Shown piece after piece: positions 30,718-40,101 of a stretch of 64,000 bases of DNA; the stretch's first letter is position 1, and every line of letters starts with the position of its first letter. The notes under the pieces were generated by a model. It saw only the letters and a list, made by a program, of their open reading frames with translations. It ran no database searches and was not told the DNA's origin. This stretch comes from a virus. The position numbers and the translations under genes were made by a program. The DNA is taken from positions 1-64,000 of the IMG/VR virus record IMGVR_UViG_3300025012_000956; one strand, written 5' to 3'.

Positions 30718-31269
30718 ATGGAACCAAAAGTAATTGTGCTTGAAGGTCCGGATTCCGGAGGTAAAAGTACCCAAGCAAAAATGTTATTAAAATATTTATT
30801 AGATAAACCAACCTATGTAATTCATTTTTCTAATATATCTGGAATCACTTCAGAGCAATCAAGAGAATATAGTTATAAGTTATATAATGATGCATTTGTA
30901 ATGATGCAAGAAGCATATTCTAATAACAGAAATTTAATATTTGACAGGTGTCATATCGGTGAGTATGTATATTCTCCAATATATAGAGATTATTCAGGAG
31001 ATTTTATATTTGAAATAGAGAATAAATTTAAAAATAAAAACTTTTTTAAAAACGTATATCTATTTTTATTTGAAGATTTAATAGAAAATCTTATAAAGAG
31101 AGATGATGGTCATTCATTTTCTACTGAACCGGATGTTAAGATTAGGGAATTAAAACTGTTTAAAGAAGCATTTGAAAAATCTCACATTCATCATAAGTTT
31201 ATAGTGAATATATTTAATTCTCCTAAAGAAGAGGTTAATGATTTTATTGTTAAAGCATTAGGAATTTAA
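30718..31269 (+). CDS. deoxynucleoside monophosphate kinase (thymidylate-kinase family)
   Basis: IVLEGPDSGGKST, IFDR.H..EYVY. Confidence 0.85.
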   Translation: MEPKVIVLEGPDSGGKSTQAKMLLKYLLDKPTYVIHFSNISGITSEQSREYSYKLYNDAFVMMQEAYSNNRNLIFDRCHIGEYVYSPIYRDYSGDFIFEIENKFKNKNFFKNVYLFLFEDLIENLIKRDDGHSFSTEPDVKIRELKLFKEAFEKSHIHHKFIVNIFNSPKEEVNDFIVKALGI

Positions 31270-32027
31270 TGTTAGAAGAAACATTACTTCCTTTTATTAT
31301 ACCAACGTTCAATTTAAATGAACTTAAAGATGAATATTGGGAATTAATCGGTATACATAAATTTAAATATACATTACCTCAGAATTTTATAGATATGAGT
31401 GGTATAATGTTTCCCGGATTTAAATTTTCTAGTAAAGAAGCAGCTAAATTTTATGATGAAACTGTTTTAGACTTTGTAGTAAATGAATTAAAAGCATTTA
31501 CAACTCCTAGAGGGAATTTAAGTAAAGAAAATAATATAATAATGATAGGTCAAAGACCAGGTCATTTTGGTGCACATTTAAGTAAAGCAGAATCTGCTTG
31601 GTTGTTGGGTCCATCGAGTAAAATGTTGGTTAATTTATGTAAAGAATTAAAAATATATCCATATTTTACAAACTTTTATCATTCGCACTATGTAGATCCA
31701 GATAGAGCTTGGTATAATATCTATAAGGAATTAGTTGGTATATTTACTTTATACAAAAATTTTTATAATAAATCCGATTTTAGAATCGTTTTCTTAGGTA
31801 ACTATAGTGAATATGATGAATTGAAAATAGAGTTAGAAAAGCTTACAGACTTAAAATTACAATTTATTAAAATTTGGCATCCTGCATACTTGCTAAGAAA
31901 CAGTAATCCTAATTTATTTAGTCAGTGGGTAACTAGTTTAGGAAGACAGTTAGTAAAAGAAGAAATTCCAGGTTATTATTTAGACCATAAATTTAAAGGT
32001 AAATACAAATATGATAAAATTATCTGA
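31269..32027 (+). CDS. uracil-DNA glycosylase-superfamily protein
   Basis: IMIGQRPG motif 1, YFTN, VFLG, WHPAYLLR motif 2. Confidence 0.65.
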   Translation: MLEETLLPFIIPTFNLNELKDEYWELIGIHKFKYTLPQNFIDMSGIMFPGFKFSSKEAAKFYDETVLDFVVNELKAFTTPRGNLSKENNIIMIGQRPGHFGAHLSKAESAWLLGPSSKMLVNLCKELKIYPYFTNFYHSHYVDPDRAWYNIYKELVGIFTLYKNFYNKSDFRIVFLGNYSEYDELKIELEKLTDLKLQFIKIWHPAYLLRNSNPNLFSQWVTSLGRQLVKEEIPGYYLDHKFKGKYKYDKII

Positions 32028-32625
32028 TATTATTAATTATTTAATTCAACAGAATAATTTTAATTCTTATTTAGAAATAGGAGTATCAACTGGAGTTTGT
32101 TTCGGTGCAGTAAATTGTAAATTTAAAGATGTCGTAGATCCTGTTAAACAAACGTCTGATGTTAATTATAATATGACGTCCGATGCGTTTTTCAAAGTGG
32201 TCGACCCTAATAAAAAATATGATGTAATATTAATTGATGGGTTGCACACCACAGAACAGGTATTAAAAGATTATAATCATTCATTATCTCACCTATCAGA
32301 AACTGGATATATTTTACTGGATGATACTTGTCCGTATGATGAATCTTGGGTAATCCCAGAAGGAAATCCTGGTGGCTGGTGTGGTACTATATATAAGTTT
32401 ATGATCGATCTTGCGTATAATAACTGTGATATTAATTATAATACGGTTTTTGTACCCCATGGACATACAATAATAACAAGAGGAAAACGAGAACCCTTGT
32501 ATCTTCAATATTCTGATGATTGGTCATTCTTTGATAGATATAGATCTGTTATATTAAACTTAATTTCAGAAGAAGATTTTTATATGATGTACATGAAAAA
32601 ACAAAATGAAACTAGCAGTTATTAA
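32011..32625 (+). CDS. class I SAM methyltransferase (Methyltransf_24-like)
   Basis: YLEIGV, VDP, TSDAFF, YDVILIDGLH, ILLDD. Confidence 0.85.
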   Translation: MIKLSDIINYLIQQNNFNSYLEIGVSTGVCFGAVNCKFKDVVDPVKQTSDVNYNMTSDAFFKVVDPNKKYDVILIDGLHTTEQVLKDYNHSLSHLSETGYILLDDTCPYDESWVIPEGNPGGWCGTIYKFMIDLAYNNCDINYNTVFVPHGHTIITRGKREPLYLQYSDDWSFFDRYRSVILNLISEEDFYMMYMKKQNETSSY

Positions 32626-33727
32626 ATTTGGTGGCAGAATGAATGCCAATGCAGATGGTGCAGTTGGTGGTGAGGTAATGGCTGCGATTGATCTATTAGT
32701 TAGAGGTGACAATGAAGTACATTACTATACACATATTAATAATAAAGATGTTGCACTACCAGGTGCACACGGTCAGAATATAGAATATTTTGGCAATGAT
32801 ACTAGTTTTGATGCATTAATAGTAATAAATGGTAATATAAATTATTATGGTGGTGCTGAACCGGAACTCGAGATGAAAAATTTAAGATTGCTCAATTCTT
32901 TTCCGGGAAAAGTTTTCTATATAATGTTTGATCCTATGCTACCACTTCGACAACATTGGAAAGGTGTAAGTAATAAGCAAGAAAAATATAAGTGGAATAA
33001 TAAATATTCTAAAGAAGAAATAGAAATAGTTAGAGATGATATTATTTATATTTCACAGCCGTATGACCTAACAGCAGTTAGAGAAATGTTAGATGGTTTA
33101 GGAGTACCTTATAAGGATGTATTACACTATCCTTTATATAAAATGCATTTAGTATTTTATGATAGGTTACTTAAAATAAAATCGCCATCAGGAGAATATA
33201 GAACTGTAGATTTGACATACGGTGGTACTTTTAGAAATAAAAAACGAGAAGATAAACTTATAAAATTTTATTTTGGGTACCCATGTACTGTCAATGTTGA
33301 GATATTTGGTAAGATTAAGCTATCAGACTTCAATAAGAATAAGATAAAAGGACTGAGAGCACCTTTATTTACTGGACAAATTAAACATAATCTAGTTCGA
33401 CGGAAGATGTCTAGGGCATATGCCACTGTATCAATTGGCGATAAGTGGTATGAAGGTAGAAATCTAGCACAGCGAATTTATGAAAGTATATTATCAAATT
33501 GTATTACATTTATTGATGAAGAATTAGATCCTCAACACGTAGTATATGGAGAAGAATTGCCTAAATTTTATGTTAAAGATAGGGATCAGGTTCTTGAGCA
33601 ACTATTATTAATTAAAATATTTGAGGAAAAATTTGATGAAATACTTGATCAACAATATGATATAGTAAAGATAGATAAACAAGAATTTGTAAACGGATTA
33701 ACTAATCTCATAGGTAATAATTTATGA
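32606..33727 (+). CDS. T4 DNA beta-glucosyltransferase homologue
   Basis: Collinear matches to T4 BGT as recalled: LIVINGNINYYGG / DLTYGGTFR..RE.K / APLFTG.I / IGDK.Y / R.YE / IDEELD. Confidence 0.85.
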   Translation: MKLAVIKFGGRMNANADGAVGGEVMAAIDLLVRGDNEVHYYTHINNKDVALPGAHGQNIEYFGNDTSFDALIVINGNINYYGGAEPELEMKNLRLLNSFPGKVFYIMFDPMLPLRQHWKGVSNKQEKYKWNNKYSKEEIEIVRDDIIYISQPYDLTAVREMLDGLGVPYKDVLHYPLYKMHLVFYDRLLKIKSPSGEYRTVDLTYGGTFRNKKREDKLIKFYFGYPCTVNVEIFGKIKLSDFNKNKIKGLRAPLFTGQIKHNLVRRKMSRAYATVSIGDKWYEGRNLAQRIYESILSNCITFIDEELDPQHVVYGEELPKFYVKDRDQVLEQLLLIKIFEEKFDEILDQQYDIVKIDKQEFVNGLTNLIGNNL

Positions 33728-33775
33728 CAACGTTGGACTGGGAATTGGTAAAAGAAAAATAACAGATATAGAACT

Positions 33776-35587
33776 ATGATAAAAACAGATAAAATAAAAA
33801 TAGTAATATTTTCAGGTGGGCACGGTGCCTCTAATATTCTAGAAGGATTATATGCGTTAGATAAAACCGGAGAAGCACTTCAGATAACTCAAATTGTCAA
33901 TGGACTAGATGATGGGGCATCAGGTGGAATTGTAAGAAGAGTAATGAATGTACTGTGTCCTGGAGATTTAAGAAAAAATCAATTTAAACATTATTGCCTT
34001 ACTCATAAAGGAAACGTGAATATGGCGATTGTTGAATTTTGTGACAAGCGATATGATTTGACTCTTGGTTCTGAATTACATGATGTGTTAAAACTATTAG
34101 ATATTTGGGATTTTCCAGAAAAATTATTATTTAAAGAATTAGCAACTAAATTCTTTAGTGTAGCGAGTTCTTTTAAAGAAAAATTTAATTTCTTCGGAAT
34201 CAATATCTCAAATATTATATATGCATCTATGATTAATAGTATTGGATATGATGAAACGTTTAAGTATTTTAAGAAGTTCTTTGGGATAAAACATGACGTA
34301 ATGTTGATATCAGAAGATAATTTACAGTTGCGTGCGATCACTAAAGACTGGACACTAATAGAAACAGAAACTCCTGGAATAATAAAACATAATAATAAAG
34401 AAAATTATATTATGGATATATTATTTGAACGATTTAATCCTCTTAGTTCTAAATCTGAACATACGACTGCGTTAGCATCAAAGATAATAATATATTCTGA
34501 AGAAAAAATAAAAGACGCAGATTTAATTATATTTGCACCTGGTACTCAATGGAGTTCTTTAATTCCAACATATGCTACAGTTGGACTAGATGATGTATTG
34601 AAGAAATCTAAGGCTAAAAAGATTTTAATAATGAATAATGATGAAGATGGAGATTCAATAGGAAGAACTGCGGGTGATTTACTAAATAGTATATCAAAAT
34701 ATTTAACATTAGATAATATAAATATATTTATTAATAATCTTGCCAGTGAGCCACTTCAGAATATAGAAAATTTTAAAAATAAAAACAATATAACGATCTA
34801 TATTAAGGTATTAGGTCATGGTTTAGCTAGATCATCTAAAACTGTAGAAGAAATATTTAAGCTATATTATAATTTAACTAAACCTGATTTTATATTCTGT
34901 GATTTTGATGATACTATTTATTCTAGAGATCCAACACACAGTAAGATTTCAGAAGAAAATTTGATTTTATTGGATAAAATTTCTAAAAAAATTCCTACTA
35001 TTATTGTTTCAGGTAATGATTATGAAACTATTCACAGTAAACTAATTAAGAATTTTGGAAGTTCTGGTCTAAATAATATTAAATTTGATATCTGGGCAGA
35101 TGGTGGTTTAGTTAAATATGAACAGGGTATACCCGTTATAAGAACAGCACTTTTGGACAATACTAAAGAAACACTGTCTTATTTACAAGGCGACATACTG
35201 GGTTTACCTAAAGATAAAATATTTCTTAGAGGTGATTGGCCAAAACAAGATATAAAAAATATTACGTGTATAGGAATAAAACCTCTTACGGAATTAGAAA
35301 AAACGTTATTGATAAATATTTTAAATATATTTTTTAAAGAAAATCGCTTTTATAATGTTGCCAAAAGAATAGGTTTAACTGGTATAGATATTATATCTGT
35401 TAATAGTGACAAGAAAAAAGTTTTACATTATTATAATTCATCATATGGAAAAACTACATTGTACATAGGAGATGAATTGAGAGATGGAAATGATGAAAAT
35501 ATTTCTAGTGCATGTAATTTTAAATATAATGTTAAATCACCATATGACACAAATATACTGTTACAACTAATAAATGAGGAATTGTAA
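33776..35587 (+). CDS. CofD/YvcK (UPF0052) family domain fused to HAD-IIB phosphatase/phosphomutase
   Basis: FSGGHG, DDGASGG, PGDLR, ADLIIFAPGTQWSSLIP; then CDFDDT, VSG, K, IGDE...GND. Confidence 0.8.
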   Translation: MIKTDKIKIVIFSGGHGASNILEGLYALDKTGEALQITQIVNGLDDGASGGIVRRVMNVLCPGDLRKNQFKHYCLTHKGNVNMAIVEFCDKRYDLTLGSELHDVLKLLDIWDFPEKLLFKELATKFFSVASSFKEKFNFFGINISNIIYASMINSIGYDETFKYFKKFFGIKHDVMLISEDNLQLRAITKDWTLIETETPGIIKHNNKENYIMDILFERFNPLSSKSEHTTALASKIIIYSEEKIKDADLIIFAPGTQWSSLIPTYATVGLDDVLKKSKAKKILIMNNDEDGDSIGRTAGDLLNSISKYLTLDNINIFINNLASEPLQNIENFKNKNNITIYIKVLGHGLARSSKTVEEIFKLYYNLTKPDFIFCDFDDTIYSRDPTHSKISEENLILLDKISKKIPTIIVSGNDYETIHSKLIKNFGSSGLNNIKFDIWADGGLVKYEQGIPVIRTALLDNTKETLSYLQGDILGLPKDKIFLRGDWPKQDIKNITCIGIKPLTELEKTLLINILNIFFKENRFYNVAKRIGLTGIDIISVNSDKKKVLHYYNSSYGKTTLYIGDELRDGNDENISSACNFKYNVKSPYDTNILLQLINEEL

Positions 35588-36343
35588 ATGTTGGGCCTAA
35601 TTCTCTGTGCGGGTAAACAAACCAGATTTAATTCTGGAGTACCTAAGGCATTAATGCCTTATAATAAAGATAAAACTATTTTAGGTAAAAATATAGAAAC
35701 TATGATAGAATTCGTAAATGATATTATTTTAGTACTTAATAAAGATAATAATAATACTTTATATGAGGAATATGCTAATAATTTTGTTAGGATTATAGAA
35801 ATAGAATCAGGTCATGGAAGTGGAGATGCTATCCTTCAAATATTTAATCAGTTGAAGACTGTAGAAGAAATATTCGCAGACATTTTTTTAATCTGGGGTG
35901 ATTCTATACAAGACAGTACTGCTCTATATAGAACTACATTAAATAATTATAATGATTATTGCACGGTTCCTATTAGATTAGAAAATGAACCCTATACTCA
36001 TTTTGTATGTGATCATGATAATATTATCAAGTCAGTGGAATTTAAAAACAGAGGTGCTAAATATATTCAAGGTTACCATGATTTTTCTCTATTTTTATTT
36101 AATTTAGTTAAAATGAATGTTATTTTAGATTCTTATAATTTAATGAAATGGTTACCGGAGAATAATAAATATGATACAATAAATGGTGAATTTGAATTTT
36201 TAGATATATTTAACCAATTTAATTATCTAGAATTTGCAAAAGCTGTTATAATTGATAATATAAAATCTAACAATGCATTCAATACAATGGAAGAATATTT
36301 GAAATTAATTAATGGGGTTACAGATGAGAATAGTAAGCAATAA
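35588..36343 (+). CDS. sugar-phosphate nucleotidyltransferase
   Basis: LILCAGKQTRF...PKAL, GSGDA, WGD, FNT.EE. Confidence 0.85.
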   Translation: MLGLILCAGKQTRFNSGVPKALMPYNKDKTILGKNIETMIEFVNDIILVLNKDNNNTLYEEYANNFVRIIEIESGHGSGDAILQIFNQLKTVEEIFADIFLIWGDSIQDSTALYRTTLNNYNDYCTVPIRLENEPYTHFVCDHDNIIKSVEFKNRGAKYIQGYHDFSLFLFNLVKMNVILDSYNLMKWLPENNKYDTINGEFEFLDIFNQFNYLEFAKAVIIDNIKSNNAFNTMEEYLKLINGVTDENSKQ

Positions 36344-37226
36344 TTTTGCAGAAATATATAAAGATCTATTAACAACAATATATTATAATCCAGATCATAT
36401 TATTTCTCCACGAGAATACCAGACAAAAGAGTGTTGTAATGTTGAATTAGTTTTAACAGATCCAACTTCAAACTTATTTACAAATAAAATTAGAAGTCCT
36501 AAGTTAAATTATTTATATCCTGAATTGTTATACTATTTTTTAGGTAGAAATGATTTAGAATTTATTTCTAAATATTCTACTTTCTGGAATAAAATAGCAA
36601 ATAATGATAGAACTGTAAATAGTGCATATGGATATCTTTTATTTAGAGAGAGGAATATACATGGCTGGACAGAATATCAATGGGCATTTAATTCACTTAT
36701 TGTAGATAAAAATTCTAGGCAAGCTATTTTAAGATTTAATAAACCAGAACACTCATATTTAGATAATAAGGATTTTGTGTGTACATTGAATGGTATATTT
36801 CATATCAGAAAAAATAAAGAATTAAACTGTGATGTATTAAATTTTACAACAACAATGAGATCACAAGATGTTTGGTTTGGAATTATATATGATATTCCTT
36901 TTTATACTTTGTTGCAGCAACAAATGTTAAATCATTTAAAACAAGAAAAATATCCTGATTTACAGCTTGGTAAATATACTCATTATATATTAAGTGAACA
37001 TATATATAAAAAAGATTTTGAAAATATAGAAAAAATGCTAAATGAAGAATTTATATCGGACAGTACTCCGTTACTAGTTAAAAATTTAATAGAACCCAGT
37101 GGTAATCCAACGCAAGAATTATATTTAATATTACAAACAGTAGAAAATAATAATGAGTATACAGATTTTGGAGATGAACTAATAAATAAAATAGTAAAAT
37201 TTTCTTTAAGGGAAAACAATGAATAA
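36312..37226 (+). CDS. thymidylate-synthase-family enzyme, dCMP hydroxymethylase (T4 gp42) type
   Basis: NSAYG, SRQA, DFVCT, MRSQDVWFGIIYD (Asp where dUMP-specific TS has Asn), HIY; likely start 36324. Confidence 0.8.
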   Translation: MGLQMRIVSNNFAEIYKDLLTTIYYNPDHIISPREYQTKECCNVELVLTDPTSNLFTNKIRSPKLNYLYPELLYYFLGRNDLEFISKYSTFWNKIANNDRTVNSAYGYLLFRERNIHGWTEYQWAFNSLIVDKNSRQAILRFNKPEHSYLDNKDFVCTLNGIFHIRKNKELNCDVLNFTTTMRSQDVWFGIIYDIPFYTLLQQQMLNHLKQEKYPDLQLGKYTHYILSEHIYKKDFENIEKMLNEEFISDSTPLLVKNLIEPSGNPTQELYLILQTVENNNEYTDFGDELINKIVKFSLRENNE

Positions 37227-37683
37227 ACAACAGAGATTAGATAAAATATTTATTAATATTGCACTGGAATTTGCAACATTATCTCATTGTGTTACTTATA
37301 AAGTGGGCGCAGTTGCAGTTAATGATAATAGGATTATTGCTACAGGAATTAATGGTACTCCAGAAGGAATGTTAAACTGCGATCGAGTATTTAAAAATTA
37401 TAATTCTGAGACAGATAGAGAAGAACACCATATGTGGAGTGAAATACATGAGCTCCACGCTGAATTAAATGTTATACTTTTTTGTGCAAAAAACGGAATT
37501 TCATTAAAAGGAACAACAGTTTATTCTACTGTTCAACCATGTCAACAGTGTCTGAAAAATATGTTGCAATGTGGTATAGTAAGAATAGTTTATAAATACC
37601 CATATGACAAAGCAGTTGAAAGTAAACTTATAAAAGAATATATGAAAGAAAAAAATATAATAATAGAACAAATAGAGGAGTAA
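37219..37683 (+). CDS. dCMP deaminase
   Basis: VGAV, TGINGTP, HAELN, PCQQC. Confidence 0.92.
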   Translation: MNKQQRLDKIFINIALEFATLSHCVTYKVGAVAVNDNRIIATGINGTPEGMLNCDRVFKNYNSETDREEHHMWSEIHELHAELNVILFCAKNGISLKGTTVYSTVQPCQQCLKNMLQCGIVRIVYKYPYDKAVESKLIKEYMKEKNIIIEQIEE

Positions 37684-37685
37684 AT

Positions 37686-38057
37686 ATGAAAACAGATATA
37701 AAATTATCTAATGAAGATTTAATATTAACGACTGAGATGGAGAAAAAATATCCCAAAATGACAGCTGAGTTTAGAAATATATGTGCAGAACAATATTTAA
37801 TGTTTTTAAAAAAACAGCATGATTATGGTCCCTCAAATATTGCAATAAACACACAACTAGAAACAGACGAGGATATCAAAAATTCATTGATTGGAATTAC
37901 TGTTAGATGTAGTGATAAGGTAAGTAGATTGGTTAATTTAATATTAAAGAGAAAAGATGAGAAACCAAAAAACGAATCGATTGTAGACACTTTTGTTGAT
38001 ATGAGTATTTATTCTAAAATTGCAATGATTGTCCTAAGAGGAAAATGGGCAAAATGA
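37686..38057 (+). CDS. DUF1599 / nucleotide-modification-associated domain protein
   Basis: KKQHDYG..NI, R..DK..RL.NL, ESI.DT..D...Y. Confidence 0.75.
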   Translation: MKTDIKLSNEDLILTTEMEKKYPKMTAEFRNICAEQYLMFLKKQHDYGPSNIAINTQLETDEDIKNSLIGITVRCSDKVSRLVNLILKRKDEKPKNESIVDTFVDMSIYSKIAMIVLRGKWAK

Positions 38058-38914
38058 TACACTTATCTTTTTCACAATATAACATATGGAAGACATGTCC
38101 ATTTCAATGGAAACTACTCTATATAGATAAAATTAAAATACCTTCTGCTAGTATAGATTTGGTTTTTGGTTCATCACTTCACCATGTCCTACAGGAATAC
38201 TTAGATACATTTTATAAGTTAACAGAAAAGAAAGCAAACGAACTAGATTTAGAAAAATCACTTTTAGATTCTATGGTTAAAGAAATAGAAGAATATAGAA
38301 AAAAGGGTATAGAAGATTTTACAACACCAGAAGAATTAATAGAATATTATATAGATGGAATTGAAATAATTCATTGGTTTAAGAAACACAGAGCAGATTA
38401 TTTTAGTAAAAAAAATATAAAGATGATTGGCTATGAGGTACCTATAGATATTGAAATATTACCAGGGGTTAAATTTATTGCAAAATTGGATTTTGTGACA
38501 GAGGATAAAAGAGATAATAATTATGTAATTGTAGATTTTAAAAAGTCTTATAGAGGATGGGGAGCAAATAAAAAAGCAAATAAAATGGTACAGGCACAGC
38601 TGCAATTATATAAACATTTTTTTTCAGAAGTTAAAAAGATAGTTCCAGCTAATGTTAATATTTTATTTTTAATTTTTAAACAAAAACTCTATAAAGATTC
38701 ATTATATCCTCAAAAAAGAGTTCAAAAATTTGAACCTAGTAGTGGAAAAAATACGTTGATTAAGGTTAAAAACGAATTTATGGAATTTGCAAAGCGTGTT
38801 ACAAAAGATGGTGATTATAATGCAAATATAGAATATTCAGCAAACCCATCTGACTTCAACTGTAAATATTGTCCATTTAAAAATAAAAAAGAGTTATGCC
38901 CAGTAGGAGTTTGA
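38045..38914 (+). CDS. Cas4/RecB-like PD-(D/E)XK exonuclease
   Basis: SFSQY..W..CP, FGSSLH, E..., LD, VDFK, QL.LY, C-terminal CKYCPF...C. Confidence 0.85.
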   Translation: MGKMIHLSFSQYNIWKTCPFQWKLLYIDKIKIPSASIDLVFGSSLHHVLQEYLDTFYKLTEKKANELDLEKSLLDSMVKEIEEYRKKGIEDFTTPEELIEYYIDGIEIIHWFKKHRADYFSKKNIKMIGYEVPIDIEILPGVKFIAKLDFVTEDKRDNNYVIVDFKKSYRGWGANKKANKMVQAQLQLYKHFFSEVKKIVPANVNILFLIFKQKLYKDSLYPQKRVQKFEPSSGKNTLIKVKNEFMEFAKRVTKDGDYNANIEYSANPSDFNCKYCPFKNKKELCPVGV

Positions 38915-39381
38915 TTATGAAAAAAATGAATATGTTTATAATTAGAATAGAATTAGTACCTCAATTGGCTGATATTTTAGATAGTATAAATGACTTTATA
39001 GAAATATTTAAAAAAGAAACCAAAGCAGAATTACGTATAATATTTTGGTATAATAAGTCTAGGGTGTTGAAACCAATTGAAGATAAATTTTTAGAATCTA
39101 TAAATAATAAAATGAAACAATATTCACTTAATATTTATGATCATTGTGTTTTTAAAAAAGGAATATTCTGTGATCTATATTTGAGTATTTCAGAAGATGC
39201 TAGATCCGGAAAAGATGATAATTGTAAATTTTATTTGACTTATTATGACCCAAATTCGTTTATAATAAGTTTATTTGAATTGTTTAGTTTTATTAAAGCA
39301 AAACTTAATTATGAATCTCAGCAAGCTATTGACCGAAATGTTAGAAAAGTAATATTTTCTAATAAAGTTAAAAATAATTAG
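38896..39381 (+). CDS. hypothetical protein
   Basis: ORF within the operon. Confidence 0.55.
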   Translation: MPSRSLIMKKMNMFIIRIELVPQLADILDSINDFIEIFKKETKAELRIIFWYNKSRVLKPIEDKFLESINNKMKQYSLNIYDHCVFKKGIFCDLYLSISEDARSGKDDNCKFYLTYYDPNSFIISLFELFSFIKAKLNYESQQAIDRNVRKVIFSNKVKNN

Positions 39382-39448
39382 ACAGAATAGTTACCTTTTT
39401 GTACTTTATCTATTAAATTGTAAATTTATAGAGATTAAAGAGTGGTAA

Positions 39449-39853
39449 GTGCGGTTAGGAATAATAGGAAACAAATATTACTATAAAAAATTAGAAATAA
39501 AGGAATTTCTGTGGAAAATAAAACAGAGAAATGATGATGAAATTAAAGTTATTTCTATAGGAAGAAAATCCGGCGCAGATAAATATATAAGGGATTACTG
39601 TTTACAGTTTAACATAAATTACGGTGAATTTATTCCTTATCATGAGAACTATAATTCATTTTGTATTGAGGAGAGATATATGTTTTCGCGAGAATATTCT
39701 CCAAAATATTATTTTGCTATTTATAAGAGATTTGTTGATTATTGTGATAACTTTGTTATATTTGAATATTCTAGTAAACGGGATGATGTGGTAACGAGAA
39801 TTTTAAAAACTATCAACAAACAAAACAAATACCATGTAATTTTACAAGAGTGA
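39449..39853 (+). CDS. SLOG/YspA-like protein
   Basis: LGIIG..Y, ISIG..SGAD.Y pattern. Confidence 0.5.
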   Translation: MRLGIIGNKYYYKKLEIKEFLWKIKQRNDDEIKVISIGRKSGADKYIRDYCLQFNINYGEFIPYHENYNSFCIEERYMFSREYSPKYYFAIYKRFVDYCDNFVIFEYSSKRDDVVTRILKTINKQNKYHVILQE

Positions 39854-39888
39854 TATATATATAATTACATATATCTAAGAGGAAACTA

Positions 39889-40101
39889 ATGAATATAGGA
39901 GATGAGAAACTAACAACTGTTAGGGTATCTGTAAATGAATATGATAAATTTAAAATAAACTGCATAAAACAAAAAACAAATTTTAAAAAAGTAGTAGCTA
40001 AGATGCTTCATTTGATTAATAATTACGAAGATATAAAGTACTTGATGACAACTGATATTTTATATGTTTCAGGTAGTTTAAATTTAGGAGATGATGTATG
40101 A
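39889..40101 (+). CDS. small RHH-like DNA-binding protein heading the glycan island
   Basis: KLTTVRV...YDKFKINC....NFKKVV; RBS GAGG. Confidence 0.55.
   Translation: MNIGDEKLTTVRVSVNEYDKFKINCIKQKTNFKKVVAKMLHLINNYEDIKYLMTTDILYVSGSLNLGDDV

Noticed and set aside
36312-37226. Canonical thymidylate synthase ThyA
   Set aside because: Lacks PCH and the GxPFN Asn; has VCT and Asp as in dCMP-modifying enzymes, although the substrate is unproven
38045-38914. Cas4 as evidence of a CRISPR system
   Set aside because: No cas1/cas2 or array; solo Cas4-like exonucleases are common in phages
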